A DNA stretch of 56,397 nt from an uncultured virus (IMG/VR IMGVR_UViG_3300031088_000645). Its lineage: Duplodnaviria > Heunggongvirae > Uroviricota > Caudoviricetes. The position numbers were made by a program, and so were the translations under genes. Below, piece by piece: positions 18,761 to 28,303 of the stretch (its first letter is position 1; every line of letters starts with the position of its first letter). The stretch is taken from IMG/VR virus record IMGVR_UViG_3300031088_000645. One strand, given 5' to 3'. The notes under the pieces are model-generated. The model was not told where the DNA came from, did no database searches, and saw only the letters and a list, made by a program, of their open reading frames with translations.

Positions 18761-19756
18761 ATGGCTATGCGCTCGCATCTCACCCCGAAAAAGATTGTTG
18801 ACAAGAACGGTCGTCACACCACGGTGCTTATCAACGACTCGAAATCATCGGCTCGTGGGTTGCCTACCGTTAGCGCCGTACCTTCTCAACCAATTCTTGA
18901 TGCTAAGGCTCATCTCCTGTCTCAGCAGGTGGACGAATACACGTGCGACAATCATGATGACTACGGCTGTCGTAAGGGATGCGTTCAGGGTCTTGCAAGG
19001 GACTGGTCACGTAAGCAAATCATGTCCAGTCCTGAGCAACAAGCAATCATTGCCGCTCACGGAATTACAGAGCTAGATACCAAGCGGATCTATGGTTCCA
19101 AGCTAGATGGCTGGGGTGAATGGGAAGTGAGAGACAAAAGCGATCCCGCCAAAAGAGCTACAGTTCGCGTGCCACTTCATCGTCCAGCCTTGGTTGACGA
19201 CATCGCCGCAATCGATAAGTCGATTATTCCTTCATTCGACTCTCCCGACGAGCTAAGCGCCTTTGTCGAAGATCTGTACGGTAGTAGTAATGTCACTCTG
19301 ACTTTCTACGAGCAGGGTCGTCACGTAGCGCAACTCAGCGATATCTTTGTGGACGCAGACCTACGCGGCTTGGGCATTGGTAACCACATCATGCAGATGA
19401 TCTCTCGATACGGAGATGAGCATGATGTTGCCATCACACTGTCCCCAACCGAAGGAGGCGATGGCTCTATCTATCCTGACGCTACCAACAAGGAGCTATT
19501 CGACAAGCACCGCGCGACCCATCAGTCTAGGGTATGGTCGTACTACGAGAGTCATGGCTATGAACGCAACATGGCGTACATGGGCTACTTCAAAAGAGTC
19601 GATACCGACAGTCAGTTGATGGGCGATCCAGAATTTGCAGACTCGCTCGATGCTGACTACTACAGCGAAGTACAGGGTGGCGTGATGGTGAGATACCCCA
19701 ATGGAAAGCCTTCTGAGAGGTTCTTCAAGAAGGCTGTTGCAGGACAGTCGATTTAG
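18761..19756 (+). CDS. IVDKNG-tagged GNAT acetyltransferase
   Basis: KKIVDKNGRHTTVLIN; GNAT motif A IFVDADLRGLGIG and motif B YYESHGY. Confidence 0.75.
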   Translation: MAMRSHLTPKKIVDKNGRHTTVLINDSKSSARGLPTVSAVPSQPILDAKAHLLSQQVDEYTCDNHDDYGCRKGCVQGLARDWSRKQIMSSPEQQAIIAAHGITELDTKRIYGSKLDGWGEWEVRDKSDPAKRATVRVPLHRPALVDDIAAIDKSIIPSFDSPDELSAFVEDLYGSSNVTLTFYEQGRHVAQLSDIFVDADLRGLGIGNHIMQMISRYGDEHDVAITLSPTEGGDGSIYPDATNKELFDKHRATHQSRVWSYYESHGYERNMAYMGYFKRVDTDSQLMGDPEFADSLDADYYSEVQGGVMVRYPNGKPSERFFKKAVAGQSI

Positions 19757-19802
19757 TACTAGGATGTAGTTATCACTTAGCCGCCTTCTTCCATAAGGAC
19801 TC

Positions 19803-20240
19803 ATGATGACGACCACCATTACCACCGCTCCCGCGACGATGACCGAGACCGTTCAGGGTCGATTCAACAACGCACTCAAGGCTATCCGCAAGCAGGGTGT
19901 CAGCACCCGCATGAACGCTCAGTCGTGCTGCACGGACTGTGACGGTCCTGAGGCGAGTGGTCACCCCGAGGTGGTGTGGACCTACGGCAGCCAGGAGGGT
20001 ACCTTCTCGTGGGTCGATGGTGTGATGGTCTACCGCAACATCATGAACATGGTCAAGCGTCGTACTGGCAGTGCGCAGCTTGACGCGATCTTCCGCGCGA
20101 ACGGGCGGGTCACCAAGCTCTACTTCAACCACACGTCGGTCGAGGCGGCTTCCATCGCCGCTATGGCGTTCAACGTCGAGGGCTTCGAGGTTGCTTGGGA
20201 TGGTGCCGACACCGAGTGCGTCATCGTGACCATCCGATAG
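19803..20240 (+). CDS. Hypothetical protein (CCxxC; possibly DUF6891-like)
   Basis: AAGGA SD; QSCCTDC and VAWDG motifs. Confidence 0.6.
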   Translation: MMTTTITTAPATMTETVQGRFNNALKAIRKQGVSTRMNAQSCCTDCDGPEASGHPEVVWTYGSQEGTFSWVDGVMVYRNIMNMVKRRTGSAQLDAIFRANGRVTKLYFNHTSVEAASIAAMAFNVEGFEVAWDGADTECVIVTIR

Positions 20241-20252
20241 CACTGCGGACAT

Positions 20253-20290
20253 ACGAAGCACCCCATCTTTCACGAGGTGGGGTGCTTCGT
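20253..20290 (+). terminator. Intrinsic terminator
   Basis: ACGAAGCACCCCA/TGGGGTGCTTCGT. Confidence 0.7.
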
Positions 20291-20375
20291 CGTTACCACA
20301 ATTTCAATCTAGTAATTTAGGGGTAGACCAGCCTGTATCCTGACTGTAAGTCAACAGAAAGATGGAAGGTACGCC

Positions 20376-21365
20376 TTGTCCACACCAGTAGAAATCGCGC
20401 CGAGAGAGCATAACGACATATGGGCTAAAGTTCGTCCAGCAGTGCTCAAAACTATCGTTGGATCGGTGGTTGCAGCAGCGCTAGTCGGCGTGACGGCAAT
20501 CGTGGTGGGTCAGTTTGGAACCATCCACCTCCAAGCCCTTTTCACCGTCATTCTCATCGTCGCATTTGCGCTCTTGACATGGTATGACGCAGAGGTGTCA
20601 GCAAAGCGTTCCAGCACGTTCGCGCTGATTGGGGTAGGTATCTCCGTCATTCTGCTCATTATCGGCATGTTCAAGATTTGGCTGCCACAGAGTTCCGACC
20701 TAGATACCGATTATGCCTACTACGATGACACATCCTATGACGTGGCGGAGAACTTTGGTCACTGGGTCTGGCTTGTCATCATCGCTAGGTTTGCACTTCT
20801 TCACGCTCACTTGCTTCTGAACATCCACCGCAAGTACAACACTCCGGTTCTCAGCGTTGTCGCCAACATCACCCTAGGACTCATCGCCCTATTCGGAATC
20901 TTGCTTGCACTCCCCAGCATCTTCGACAACACCGACTTCGGTGAAGCTTACTGGCGCTTATTTGGTGCGGTGTTCATCCTCGATGTGCTCGGTACCGTTT
21001 TGATTCCTCTGGCTTACGCTTTGTTCTCACCCAAGAAGAGCGCTGAAGAAGAGTATAAGCGTTGGGATGAACAGCCTCATGTACCGGTAGTGCAGCAAGA
21101 GCAGCAGTTCCAAAGTCCTGCTCGTCAGCAGCTACATGAGCATCGTGACGTTCCGAGCCAGCCTGTAGCGCACAGAAGCACCTTCCAGCCCGCTACAAGC
21201 CCCGTAGAGCCTACAGAGCAGACGTTTGGTCCGACTGGCGCTGTCAAGTTTGAAAAGCGCCCTACGCCCAGCAAGAAGCTCGCCTGGCCGCGTTACGAAG
21301 ACGGCACTCCACTACCTATCAATCCTGACGGAACGCCTAACTTCGATGATGTGGAGCGCTTTTAG
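20376..21365 (+). CDS. Multi-pass membrane protein with Pro/Gln-rich tail
   Basis: About 6 TM segments; GGAAGG SD before TTG. Confidence 0.75.
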   Translation: MSTPVEIAPREHNDIWAKVRPAVLKTIVGSVVAAALVGVTAIVVGQFGTIHLQALFTVILIVAFALLTWYDAEVSAKRSSTFALIGVGISVILLIIGMFKIWLPQSSDLDTDYAYYDDTSYDVAENFGHWVWLVIIARFALLHAHLLLNIHRKYNTPVLSVVANITLGLIALFGILLALPSIFDNTDFGEAYWRLFGAVFILDVLGTVLIPLAYALFSPKKSAEEEYKRWDEQPHVPVVQQEQQFQSPARQQLHEHRDVPSQPVAHRSTFQPATSPVEPTEQTFGPTGAVKFEKRPTPSKKLAWPRYEDGTPLPINPDGTPNFDDVERF

Positions 21366-21829
21366 TAGACCGGGTAGTCTTTGAGGACATCACCATCGAC
21401 GATTGACCTTAGCTGAAAGTCAGTGACTTCCATCCTGTCAACTTCGCCCTCATCTCCACTGGTAACGTCGGACCACTTGACGGTATCGGTGGAGATGATG
21501 GAGTTGATGCTGAATGCGATCAGGTCGTCATAGATAATGATCTCTTGACCTAGACGGACAGCATCTTCCATGCTGCTTGGGTTCAGGATGATGAACCCGA
21601 TATCAACAACATCTGTGCGCGTCATGTAGAAGTCATGCACCAGTTCGGAGAGTTCTGCGAGGGTCTCTTTGTTCTTGAAGTCCGTGCCTGTCATGGCGTG
21701 AAGTACGGACGTAATCTCGCTGCCATCCTTGTTGAAGTAGGTGATAGCCACGAACCTACCTTCACCGAATTCGGCTGTAATGAAAGCAAGGTTGTTGATC
21801 ATTTCATTGGGCGCATCGATGGCTGTCAT
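21362..21829 (-). CDS. Hypothetical protein, paralog of 24051..24533
   Basis: TTGACT-17-TAAACT-N6-ATG leaderless start; WSD...EGEVDRM...DFQL. Confidence 0.65.
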   Translation of the reverse strand: MTAIDAPNEMINNLAFITAEFGEGRFVAITYFNKDGSEITSVLHAMTGTDFKNKETLAELSELVHDFYMTRTDVVDIGFIILNPSSMEDAVRLGQEIIIYDDLIAFSINSIISTDTVKWSDVTSGDEGEVDRMEVTDFQLRSIVDGDVLKDYPVY

Positions 21830-21910
21830 GCGCACAGTTTACGTCCCTGTTAAGCCATAGTCAATCGATTCGGTTCATTGCCAGCATGTACTTAGTTTCA
21901 TGAGTGCGGT

Positions 21911-22885
21911 ATGATTCGGATTATGTACAGCGACGATGACAGGACTGAGTTCAATCATCCGTGGGCGCGTCTTGGTTCCAAGGCATCTAAATCTGTAGGT
22001 AGTAGCCGATGGTTGACTAGACCCAACCAAGCGTTGCTGCCGGATGTCATGTCGATGCAAGAGTTCATCATCCATGCAGAATCGGACAGTAACGAAAACT
22101 CACAGCCCAGCCGTGACACTACCCTAAGGTTCGCTGCTTCTCATGAGTGGACTACGTATATCGACAAGCATCAAAACCGTCAAGACGGCGATATCAAGCT
22201 CAGAAAAGAAATCGACACATCGTTCGGCGGTAACAAGCTGAACCCAGCAGACATCATTGATATCTGGGACAACAGCCCTTACCTGTACAAGATGCTGCTT
22301 GACGATTTTGCAGCATCAAAGTTCGTGGAGTACCAGTTAATTGATGACAAGATACAGCCAGTAAATCGTTTAGGGGTACATCTCGACGACCTGACTTTTA
22401 GCTCGTATGCGTCACCGATGATCGAATACGTCCTGGTCAAGGAGCCTACTGCAATGATGGTGAGTATCGTCACCATCTACAATGAAGAGGCAATCAGCAG
22501 CAGGATGTTCAAAAGGTTTTCTCGCAATGGTCTTAGCATTGTTGACTTTGCCGAGGGTACACGGATGTTTGAAGGCATCGAGTCCATCTATGTCGATACC
22601 ATTATCAAGCATCTCCGGGAAGAGCTTTACTCCGAGCCTCACGAGGTGAAAATACCCATCGCCGCATTGTCATCAGGCGATGGTTTCGCGCGGTGGATCT
22701 ATGAGGTCTATCTTCGTCAGAGCAAGAACATTGACATCTCCGACTTGGAAGAGATTGCCACCACAACTCTGTTGCAATATGCCCGCGAGGGAATCTTCAA
22801 GCCGCGTGTGGTGAAGAATTGTTGCCACAGTGGTATCGACCCCGCACTTGCTGGTGAGATGCTACGGACTAGCGTTGACAATTAG
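21911..22885 (+). CDS. Hypothetical protein with shared C-terminal DID module
   Basis: Ends CCHSGIDPALAGEMLRTSVDN; start may be 21923. Confidence 0.7.
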   Translation: MIRIMYSDDDRTEFNHPWARLGSKASKSVGSSRWLTRPNQALLPDVMSMQEFIIHAESDSNENSQPSRDTTLRFAASHEWTTYIDKHQNRQDGDIKLRKEIDTSFGGNKLNPADIIDIWDNSPYLYKMLLDDFAASKFVEYQLIDDKIQPVNRLGVHLDDLTFSSYASPMIEYVLVKEPTAMMVSIVTIYNEEAISSRMFKRFSRNGLSIVDFAEGTRMFEGIESIYVDTIIKHLREELYSEPHEVKIPIAALSSGDGFARWIYEVYLRQSKNIDISDLEEIATTTLLQYAREGIFKPRVVKNCCHSGIDPALAGEMLRTSVDN

Positions 22886-22909
22886 TGCATTACCAGCTAA
22901 TCTATGAGT

Positions 22910-23179
22910 ATGAAGCTTTCAACTCTCACCGCAGAAGCCGTCGATGCCTACGACTACGTGCACACGTATGTCGATAAGGGCGACCACTCGCGTGTTTTCG
23001 AGGATCTTGAGTCTCGCAACGCAACGGGTGTCGTTGTCAAGTTCGGTGATGCTGTTGTGGCTCACTGGCTCGACTTCGAGTCGTACTTCGGACTCGGAGA
23101 TCCCGAGCGTGAGCAGTCGATGCTCGATGAGGTCGTGGCGGGATACCTCGCAAAGCTCTTCCCGTCCGCTGGAAGCTGA
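22910..23179 (+). CDS. Small hypothetical protein
   Basis: TTGACA-17-TAATCT-N6-ATG leaderless start. Confidence 0.65.
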   Translation: MKLSTLTAEAVDAYDYVHTYVDKGDHSRVFEDLESRNATGVVVKFGDAVVAHWLDFESYFGLGDPEREQSMLDEVVAGYLAKLFPSAGS

Positions 23180-23188
23180 CCAACAGGT

Positions 23189-23770
23189 ATGGATAAGCCG
23201 ATTACATGGGTAGAGCGGATGGGTTCTAGTCATTCCGATTTTCTCGATCAGATAGGCGTTCCTGACGATAAGCGTTCTTTCGCTTGGTCGAACTACCATG
23301 TCACTCGTTTCGCACTCGATGAGGTGCTGAGTGAAGATGGCACTTACGCGATGGCTCAACTGGTAGGTGACCAGTACCTAGGCAAGATGGTAGAAAGCAT
23401 CGCAGAGGAAGCGATCCTCCTTTGGAGATACGCCAATATCAAGGAAGATGGCAGTCTTCCAGGAATTATCGTCACCCATGCTGCCCGTATCCTCATGATA
23501 GAGATAGAGCGCTATCAGGAAGCCATCTACACGCTGACTAGTTCTCCTGCGGAGATGTATTCGCTGTTGATTGTATCGCTTGCGTCTAGCAAGAAGATGG
23601 GTCAAGAGATATTCATGGAGCGGTGGTATCCGATTGTTCGTGCTTACCCAACGCGCGTAATCTTGCCAGTGCTAGACAATGGTGGTAGTCTCGAATCACT
23701 AGAGAAGTTCCACCAAAACGGGTTGGATAGTGACATTCTTCTCTCATTCACTACATCAAACAGGAGTTGA
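23189..23770 (+). CDS. Hypothetical protein with shared C-terminal DID module
   Basis: Ends FHQNGLDSDILLSFTTSNRS. Confidence 0.7.
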   Translation: MDKPITWVERMGSSHSDFLDQIGVPDDKRSFAWSNYHVTRFALDEVLSEDGTYAMAQLVGDQYLGKMVESIAEEAILLWRYANIKEDGSLPGIIVTHAARILMIEIERYQEAIYTLTSSPAEMYSLLIVSLASSKKMGQEIFMERWYPIVRAYPTRVILPVLDNGGSLESLEKFHQNGLDSDILLSFTTSNRS

Positions 23771-24012
23771 AGATGACTGCATCAATCGATGCTGGCGTGA
23801 CGATGAACGCCGCGCTGCATTACAGCGTTGTTCTTGCGGTGTGGGACGATGAGTATGAAGAGTACGTTTCGTCTAGCAGTCGCCGTGACAACTGGGTTGA
23901 TGAGTACTACTTCGACAGCGAAGAGTCTGCTCTGGAATTCCTTCGCGAACACCAGATCAACGCCGCCTACATCAGCGATGACGAAGACATGTTCAAGCTC
24001 GTCTTCCCATGA
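23767..24012 (+). CDS. Small acidic hypothetical protein
   Basis: Coupled to the upstream gene; terminator follows. Confidence 0.55.
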   Translation: MKMTASIDAGVTMNAALHYSVVLAVWDDEYEEYVSSSSRRDNWVDEYYFDSEESALEFLREHQINAAYISDDEDMFKLVFP

Positions 24013-24049
24013 AGAAAGCCCCTCAGGTTTCCATCTGAGGGGCTTTCTT
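24012..24049. terminator. Bidirectional intrinsic terminator
   Basis: AAGAAAGCCCCTCAG/CTGAGGGGCTTTCTT. Confidence 0.75.
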
Positions 24050-24050
24050 G

Positions 24051-24533
24051 CTAGAAGAGTGCTTCGACCGCTTCTGTGTTCTGAATAGCTCCTAGCTGCC
24101 AGTCAGAGAGTTTCATGCGATCAACGAGACCTTCGGTCTTGGTCGTTCTGTCTGACCAGGCAAGTCCATCGGATGAGATCGCAGCGACATTGCGCAGGTG
24201 GTGCTTAGATGCAGCTTCACTCATGACGAACGAGAGTGTATTAGCTTCACCCACATCTTTGCTGATCGCGAGGGTGGTGACAAAGTGCGCTCGGGTGTGC
24301 TCTAGGTTCGTGATCTGCCATAGAAGAGCGTCTACGCGGGTGGTCACTTCATCCTCTGAAACGCCGTGCTGGAACGCGAGAACTACCGCGTCGAGGAACT
24401 GCGACTTGGCATCGAAAATACCGAACGCCACAACCACTTCAGGGTTGGGCAAATTTGTCGCGAACAGAGCGTTGTTGATCCACTCTGAGGGGTCAATGAC
24501 CTGAGACGTTCGGGCATTAGTTCTGTTGAACAT
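24051..24533 (-). CDS. Hypothetical protein, paralog of 21362..21829
   Basis: TTGACA-17-TAGTAT promoter and GGAG SD; WSD...EGLVDRM...DWQL. Confidence 0.65.
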   Translation of the reverse strand: MFNRTNARTSQVIDPSEWINNALFATNLPNPEVVVAFGIFDAKSQFLDAVVLAFQHGVSEDEVTTRVDALLWQITNLEHTRAHFVTTLAISKDVGEANTLSFVMSEAASKHHLRNVAAISSDGLAWSDRTTKTEGLVDRMKLSDWQLGAIQNTEAVEALF

Positions 24534-24662
24534 GCATTCTCCATTCGGTGATATAGATACTAGTTGTAGTTCAATCGATTGTCAAATCGGCAAGTCTAGA
24601 ATCGGGTCGATGGGTTTGCCAACTTTCCTTGGTGGGTACCAAATGAATGCAATACTGTCTGC

Positions 24663-24938
24663 ATGAAGAGGAATCAGCACAGACGCAACACTACTTTGGA
24701 TCTCGTCAATCTCGCTTCGATGGGCGCAGCTATTCTGTTTGGTCTCATCGCAATCATCACACTCATCGTCACATTGGTGACTGGTGGAACCATCGGCGGA
24801 CTCTTCATTGCGTTCCTCGCGCTGTTCCTCGTTTCCATTGCTGCCGTATTGGTTTCGAAGAAGCTCAAGACGGATGAGCAGAAGCGGGCTGATGAAGCAA
24901 AAGAGCCTTCGAGCAATGCCGGAAGACATCGCGCATAA
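24663..24938 (+). CDS. Small two-TM membrane protein
   Basis: Hydrophobic hairpin. Confidence 0.6.
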   Translation: MKRNQHRRNTTLDLVNLASMGAAILFGLIAIITLIVTLVTGGTIGGLFIAFLALFLVSIAAVLVSKKLKTDEQKRADEAKEPSSNAGRHRA

Positions 24939-25127
24939 ATTAATGCTTGACATAGTTTGAACAGTAAGATAGTTTGATAGTAGTGAGTCTCTAACCAATA
25001 CTCATCTGTCTCTCGACTAACCATCGAGACAAGCAGAGATCAGGCTGCTCTTTTCATTCAATATTCAACTACCTTTCGTTCCTGATGAGAACAAAAACGA
25101 AGACTAACCACCTTTGGAAGGTATCAG

Positions 25128-25808
25128 ATGTCCAACGCATTTTCTACGCGCCGTAAGTCGCGTCTTGTCCCCGCAATCCTCGCCCTGGGTATTGCAACCT
25201 CGCTTCTCGTTGCGTTCGTGACGACCGGGGCACTGTCTGGTTTCACTGCCAGCATCAACAACTCGAACAACACCATCGGATCTGGAACGCTCCTTATGAG
25301 CGAGACGCAGGGTGCTATCACCTGTACGTCATCCACCGCTGGAACTGTCTCGACTGCCAACGCAGGAACGTGCACCACCATCAACAAGTTCGGTGGAAGC
25401 ACGACCGCCTCTCCTGGTGAGGTATTCACTTCTACGGTGACCATCACCAACAGCGGTACGACTCCTGCCAACACATTCACCCTGACTCCCGCTGCATGCA
25501 CGGTCAGCACCAACGGTCCCATCTCTGGGTCGAACACTGCTGGGTTCTGTAGCAAGGTGAACATCACCATCCTCGATGAGGTCGGTGCTAAGTGTGTTGC
25601 CCCTGTCTCTACCACTCCGTGTGCAGCGCCGTCCTCTACGACGACTCTGAACTCCATCGCGACCAAGCCAATTACCCTGGCTGTTCCTGTCGCGCCTGGT
25701 GAACAGCGCCGTTACACCTTCAAGGTTCAGCTTGATGCTGCTTCCGCGACGAATGCCGATCAGGGTCTTCTCGCAAGCATGCCTCTCCTTTGGTCCTTCG
25801 CTTCCTAA
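25128..25808 (+). CDS. SipW-class secreted TasA/camelysin-like fibre subunit 1
   Basis: SipW-cognate signal GALSGFTASINNSNNTIGSGTLL; Cys pairs; linked sipW. Confidence 0.75.
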   Translation: MSNAFSTRRKSRLVPAILALGIATSLLVAFVTTGALSGFTASINNSNNTIGSGTLLMSETQGAITCTSSTAGTVSTANAGTCTTINKFGGSTTASPGEVFTSTVTITNSGTTPANTFTLTPAACTVSTNGPISGSNTAGFCSKVNITILDEVGAKCVAPVSTTPCAAPSSTTTLNSIATKPITLAVPVAPGEQRRYTFKVQLDAASATNADQGLLASMPLLWSFAS

Positions 25809-25834
25809 TCCACCCTACTCGGAGATTCGAGATC

Positions 25835-27232
25835 ATGTCTGTTCGACGTAAGTCTCTTTGTGGTGCCCTGGTTGCCGTTAGCATTGTTGCCGGAGTAATC
25901 ACTTTTGCCAATGGCTCTGCACAGGCGGGATTCACGGCATCTGTTGCGAACCCCGCCAGCAGTGTCGGGACCGCCACTTCGTTCCTGACTGCCACCAATG
26001 GTTCCGTAAGGTGTACATCGGTGCCTAGTGGAAGCGTTGTGCCGACGACCGCTGCGTTCCCTTGCACTGGTTCTATCACGCCTAGCGTTCCCACTACTGG
26101 TACGGCGGTTTCTACCACCACTCTTGCTGGAAGCGGAACCGCTGCTTTCAGCGCTGCCTCTCTTACTGCTACATCATGTGGTCCCGTGCAGCTAGCTAAC
26201 TCGGCGGCGGCAACCAACCCCATGCTGGTTCGAGGACCGGTTTCGTTTGCTCAGGCTGGTCCCCTCTCAGGAAGCACGTCTCTCGGATTGAACGGTACCA
26301 ACACCCTTGCAGCCGACGTGGTTCAGCGCAATGGTACTGCTAACTTCTCAATTGGTATCTGGTTTAAGGCGAGTGCTGCTAATGGCTCACTGGTGAGCTT
26401 TGCTACTAACCCCAATGAGGCAGTTCCGACAACCAGTGACCGAAGCATCTACTTTGACACTGCTGGTCGGCTTGCTTTCTCGGTTTCGCCTAGTCTTCCA
26501 ACCACCATCCGAAGCACAAAGAGCTACGCTGATGGCAACTGGCACTACGCTGTCGGAACCTTTGCAAGCGGCGGACTCACCCTTGCTCGGCAGACTCTTT
26601 ATGTCGATGGGGTGGTTGCTGCAAGTAACACCAACATCCTGAGCCTGAACCTTGGCACTATGAACTACGCGGGTTACTGGCGGGTAGGTCAGAGTAACGT
26701 CAGTGGCGGGTCTCTTGCGGGAAGTGGGAACTACTTCAACGGTTCGCTGTCTAACGCTTCCGTGTGGTCGTCTGAGCTTACTGCCGCACAGGTCTCCACA
26801 CTCTCCGGTCAGACCACTCAGGCAGGTCTTTCGAGCAGTATCGCAAGCCTCGCTCCTGTTGCAAGCTGGACGCTAGGTGACAACGGTCTACAGACATTCG
26901 CAGGTCCATATCCTGTCGTAGGTAATGTGTCTCCGTGCAGTGCTGTGAGGTCCACTGTGGGCACAGCAGGTAAGTGCGTCTCCCCGGCTCAGGCTACTGC
27001 TTGCGCGGCACCTTCGGCTTCCACTACCCTCAGTGGACTGATTGCTGCGGGTAGCCTTGCTCTCAACCCTAGTGGTCCGACAACGGCGCAGGCGCTGACT
27101 GCGACTGTTGCTCGTGACACCACTTACGACACTCGATACCATGTTGGGTTGAACATCCTCATGCCTATTGAGGTTAAGGAAGTGGGCTTTACTCAGACGT
27201 TCTCTTGGTTGGGAAACCGGTTCATTATCTAA
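25835..27232 (+). CDS. SipW-class secreted protein with LamG/ConA-like domain 1
   Basis: AQAGFTAS signal; FSIGIWFK, DGNWHYAVG, LYVDG, YFNGSL. Confidence 0.8.
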   Translation: MSVRRKSLCGALVAVSIVAGVITFANGSAQAGFTASVANPASSVGTATSFLTATNGSVRCTSVPSGSVVPTTAAFPCTGSITPSVPTTGTAVSTTTLAGSGTAAFSAASLTATSCGPVQLANSAAATNPMLVRGPVSFAQAGPLSGSTSLGLNGTNTLAADVVQRNGTANFSIGIWFKASAANGSLVSFATNPNEAVPTTSDRSIYFDTAGRLAFSVSPSLPTTIRSTKSYADGNWHYAVGTFASGGLTLARQTLYVDGVVAASNTNILSLNLGTMNYAGYWRVGQSNVSGGSLAGSGNYFNGSLSNASVWSSELTAAQVSTLSGQTTQAGLSSSIASLAPVASWTLGDNGLQTFAGPYPVVGNVSPCSAVRSTVGTAGKCVSPAQATACAAPSASTTLSGLIAAGSLALNPSGPTTAQALTATVARDTTYDTRYHVGLNILMPIEVKEVGFTQTFSWLGNRFII

Positions 27233-27558
27233 CCAAAGCTGAGTAAACGCCCAGACTTGGTGCGATTTATCCAGATTTTGCAACACTACGCACCTCTCCT
27301 TGAGGGCGATTGTGAGGACAATTTGGGGTACAAGATGACCATTTTGTTGCCGATTCTGGCTGCTTTTGCTTGATATGGGGTACACGACTTGACCTTCAAC
27401 CGCCATGTCATTTTGTACCCCGCCCCCATTCTGGGGTAATGCGTTATTGAAAGATCCATGTAGTCTCAAGTGAGTTACATGTGAAGGAATACAAATTCGC
27501 TACATCCCGGACTCACGATGAGCCGGGTCCAACTAACCATCGGAAGGCACAACACAGA

Positions 27559-28245
27559 ATGAGCACCAACACTACGACCACGACCAGAAAGCGTCGCAAG
27601 CTGCTACCTATGCTGATCGCTACTGGTGCTGTGGCTAGCCTGTTGCTCGCGTTCGCCAACACGAATGCGCTCTCGGGCTTCACTGCCAGCATCAACAACA
27701 CGAACAACACCATCGGTGCAGGAACCCTGCTCATGAGCGAGACCCAGGACGCTACCACGTGTCTTTCGTCCGCTGCGGGTACGGTTACGGCTTCCAACGC
27801 TGGTACCTGTTCGACCATCAACAAGTTCGGTGGCTCCAACGCCGTCTACCCTGGTGGTCCCCTCTCGGTTTCCACCGTGACCATCCGTAACGCTGGTACC
27901 ACGCCCGCCAACACCTTCAACCTCACCCCTTCGGGCTGCGTTCAGGTGAACAACGGCGCTACCAACGGCACCGCGACCGACTTCTGCAACAAGGTCAACA
28001 TCACCATCGATGACGTTACCGGTGGTAACTGCGTCTTCCCCGCCGCTGCTACGCCTTGTGCTGCAACGCCGACCACTGCGGGTAACCTCGCTCTGCTGGG
28101 CACCGCACCGCTTGGTCTTCACGTGCCGATGGCTCCTGGTGACGCTCGCGTGTTCAAGTTCACCCTCCAGTTGGACAACTCTGCAACGAACGCCTACCAG
28201 GGTCTTGCAGCCAACGAGGCTCTGCTTTGGAGCTTCGCTTCCTAA
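27559..28245 (+). CDS. SipW-class secreted TasA/camelysin-like fibre subunit 2
   Basis: ALSGFTASINNTNNTIGAGTLLM; paralog of 25128..25808, same LLWSFAS end. Confidence 0.75.
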   Translation: MSTNTTTTTRKRRKLLPMLIATGAVASLLLAFANTNALSGFTASINNTNNTIGAGTLLMSETQDATTCLSSAAGTVTASNAGTCSTINKFGGSNAVYPGGPLSVSTVTIRNAGTTPANTFNLTPSGCVQVNNGATNGTATDFCNKVNITIDDVTGGNCVFPAAATPCAATPTTAGNLALLGTAPLGLHVPMAPGDARVFKFTLQLDNSATNAYQGLAANEALLWSFAS

Positions 28246-28303
28246 GTAGAACCCCAGCAACACAACTCCATCACTGAATCCAGCCTGACAGAAAAGGTTA
28301 CCC

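Noticed and set aside
26888..27469. 193-aa minus-strand ORF
   Set aside because: Largely antisense to the LamG gene; the remainder looks regulatory.
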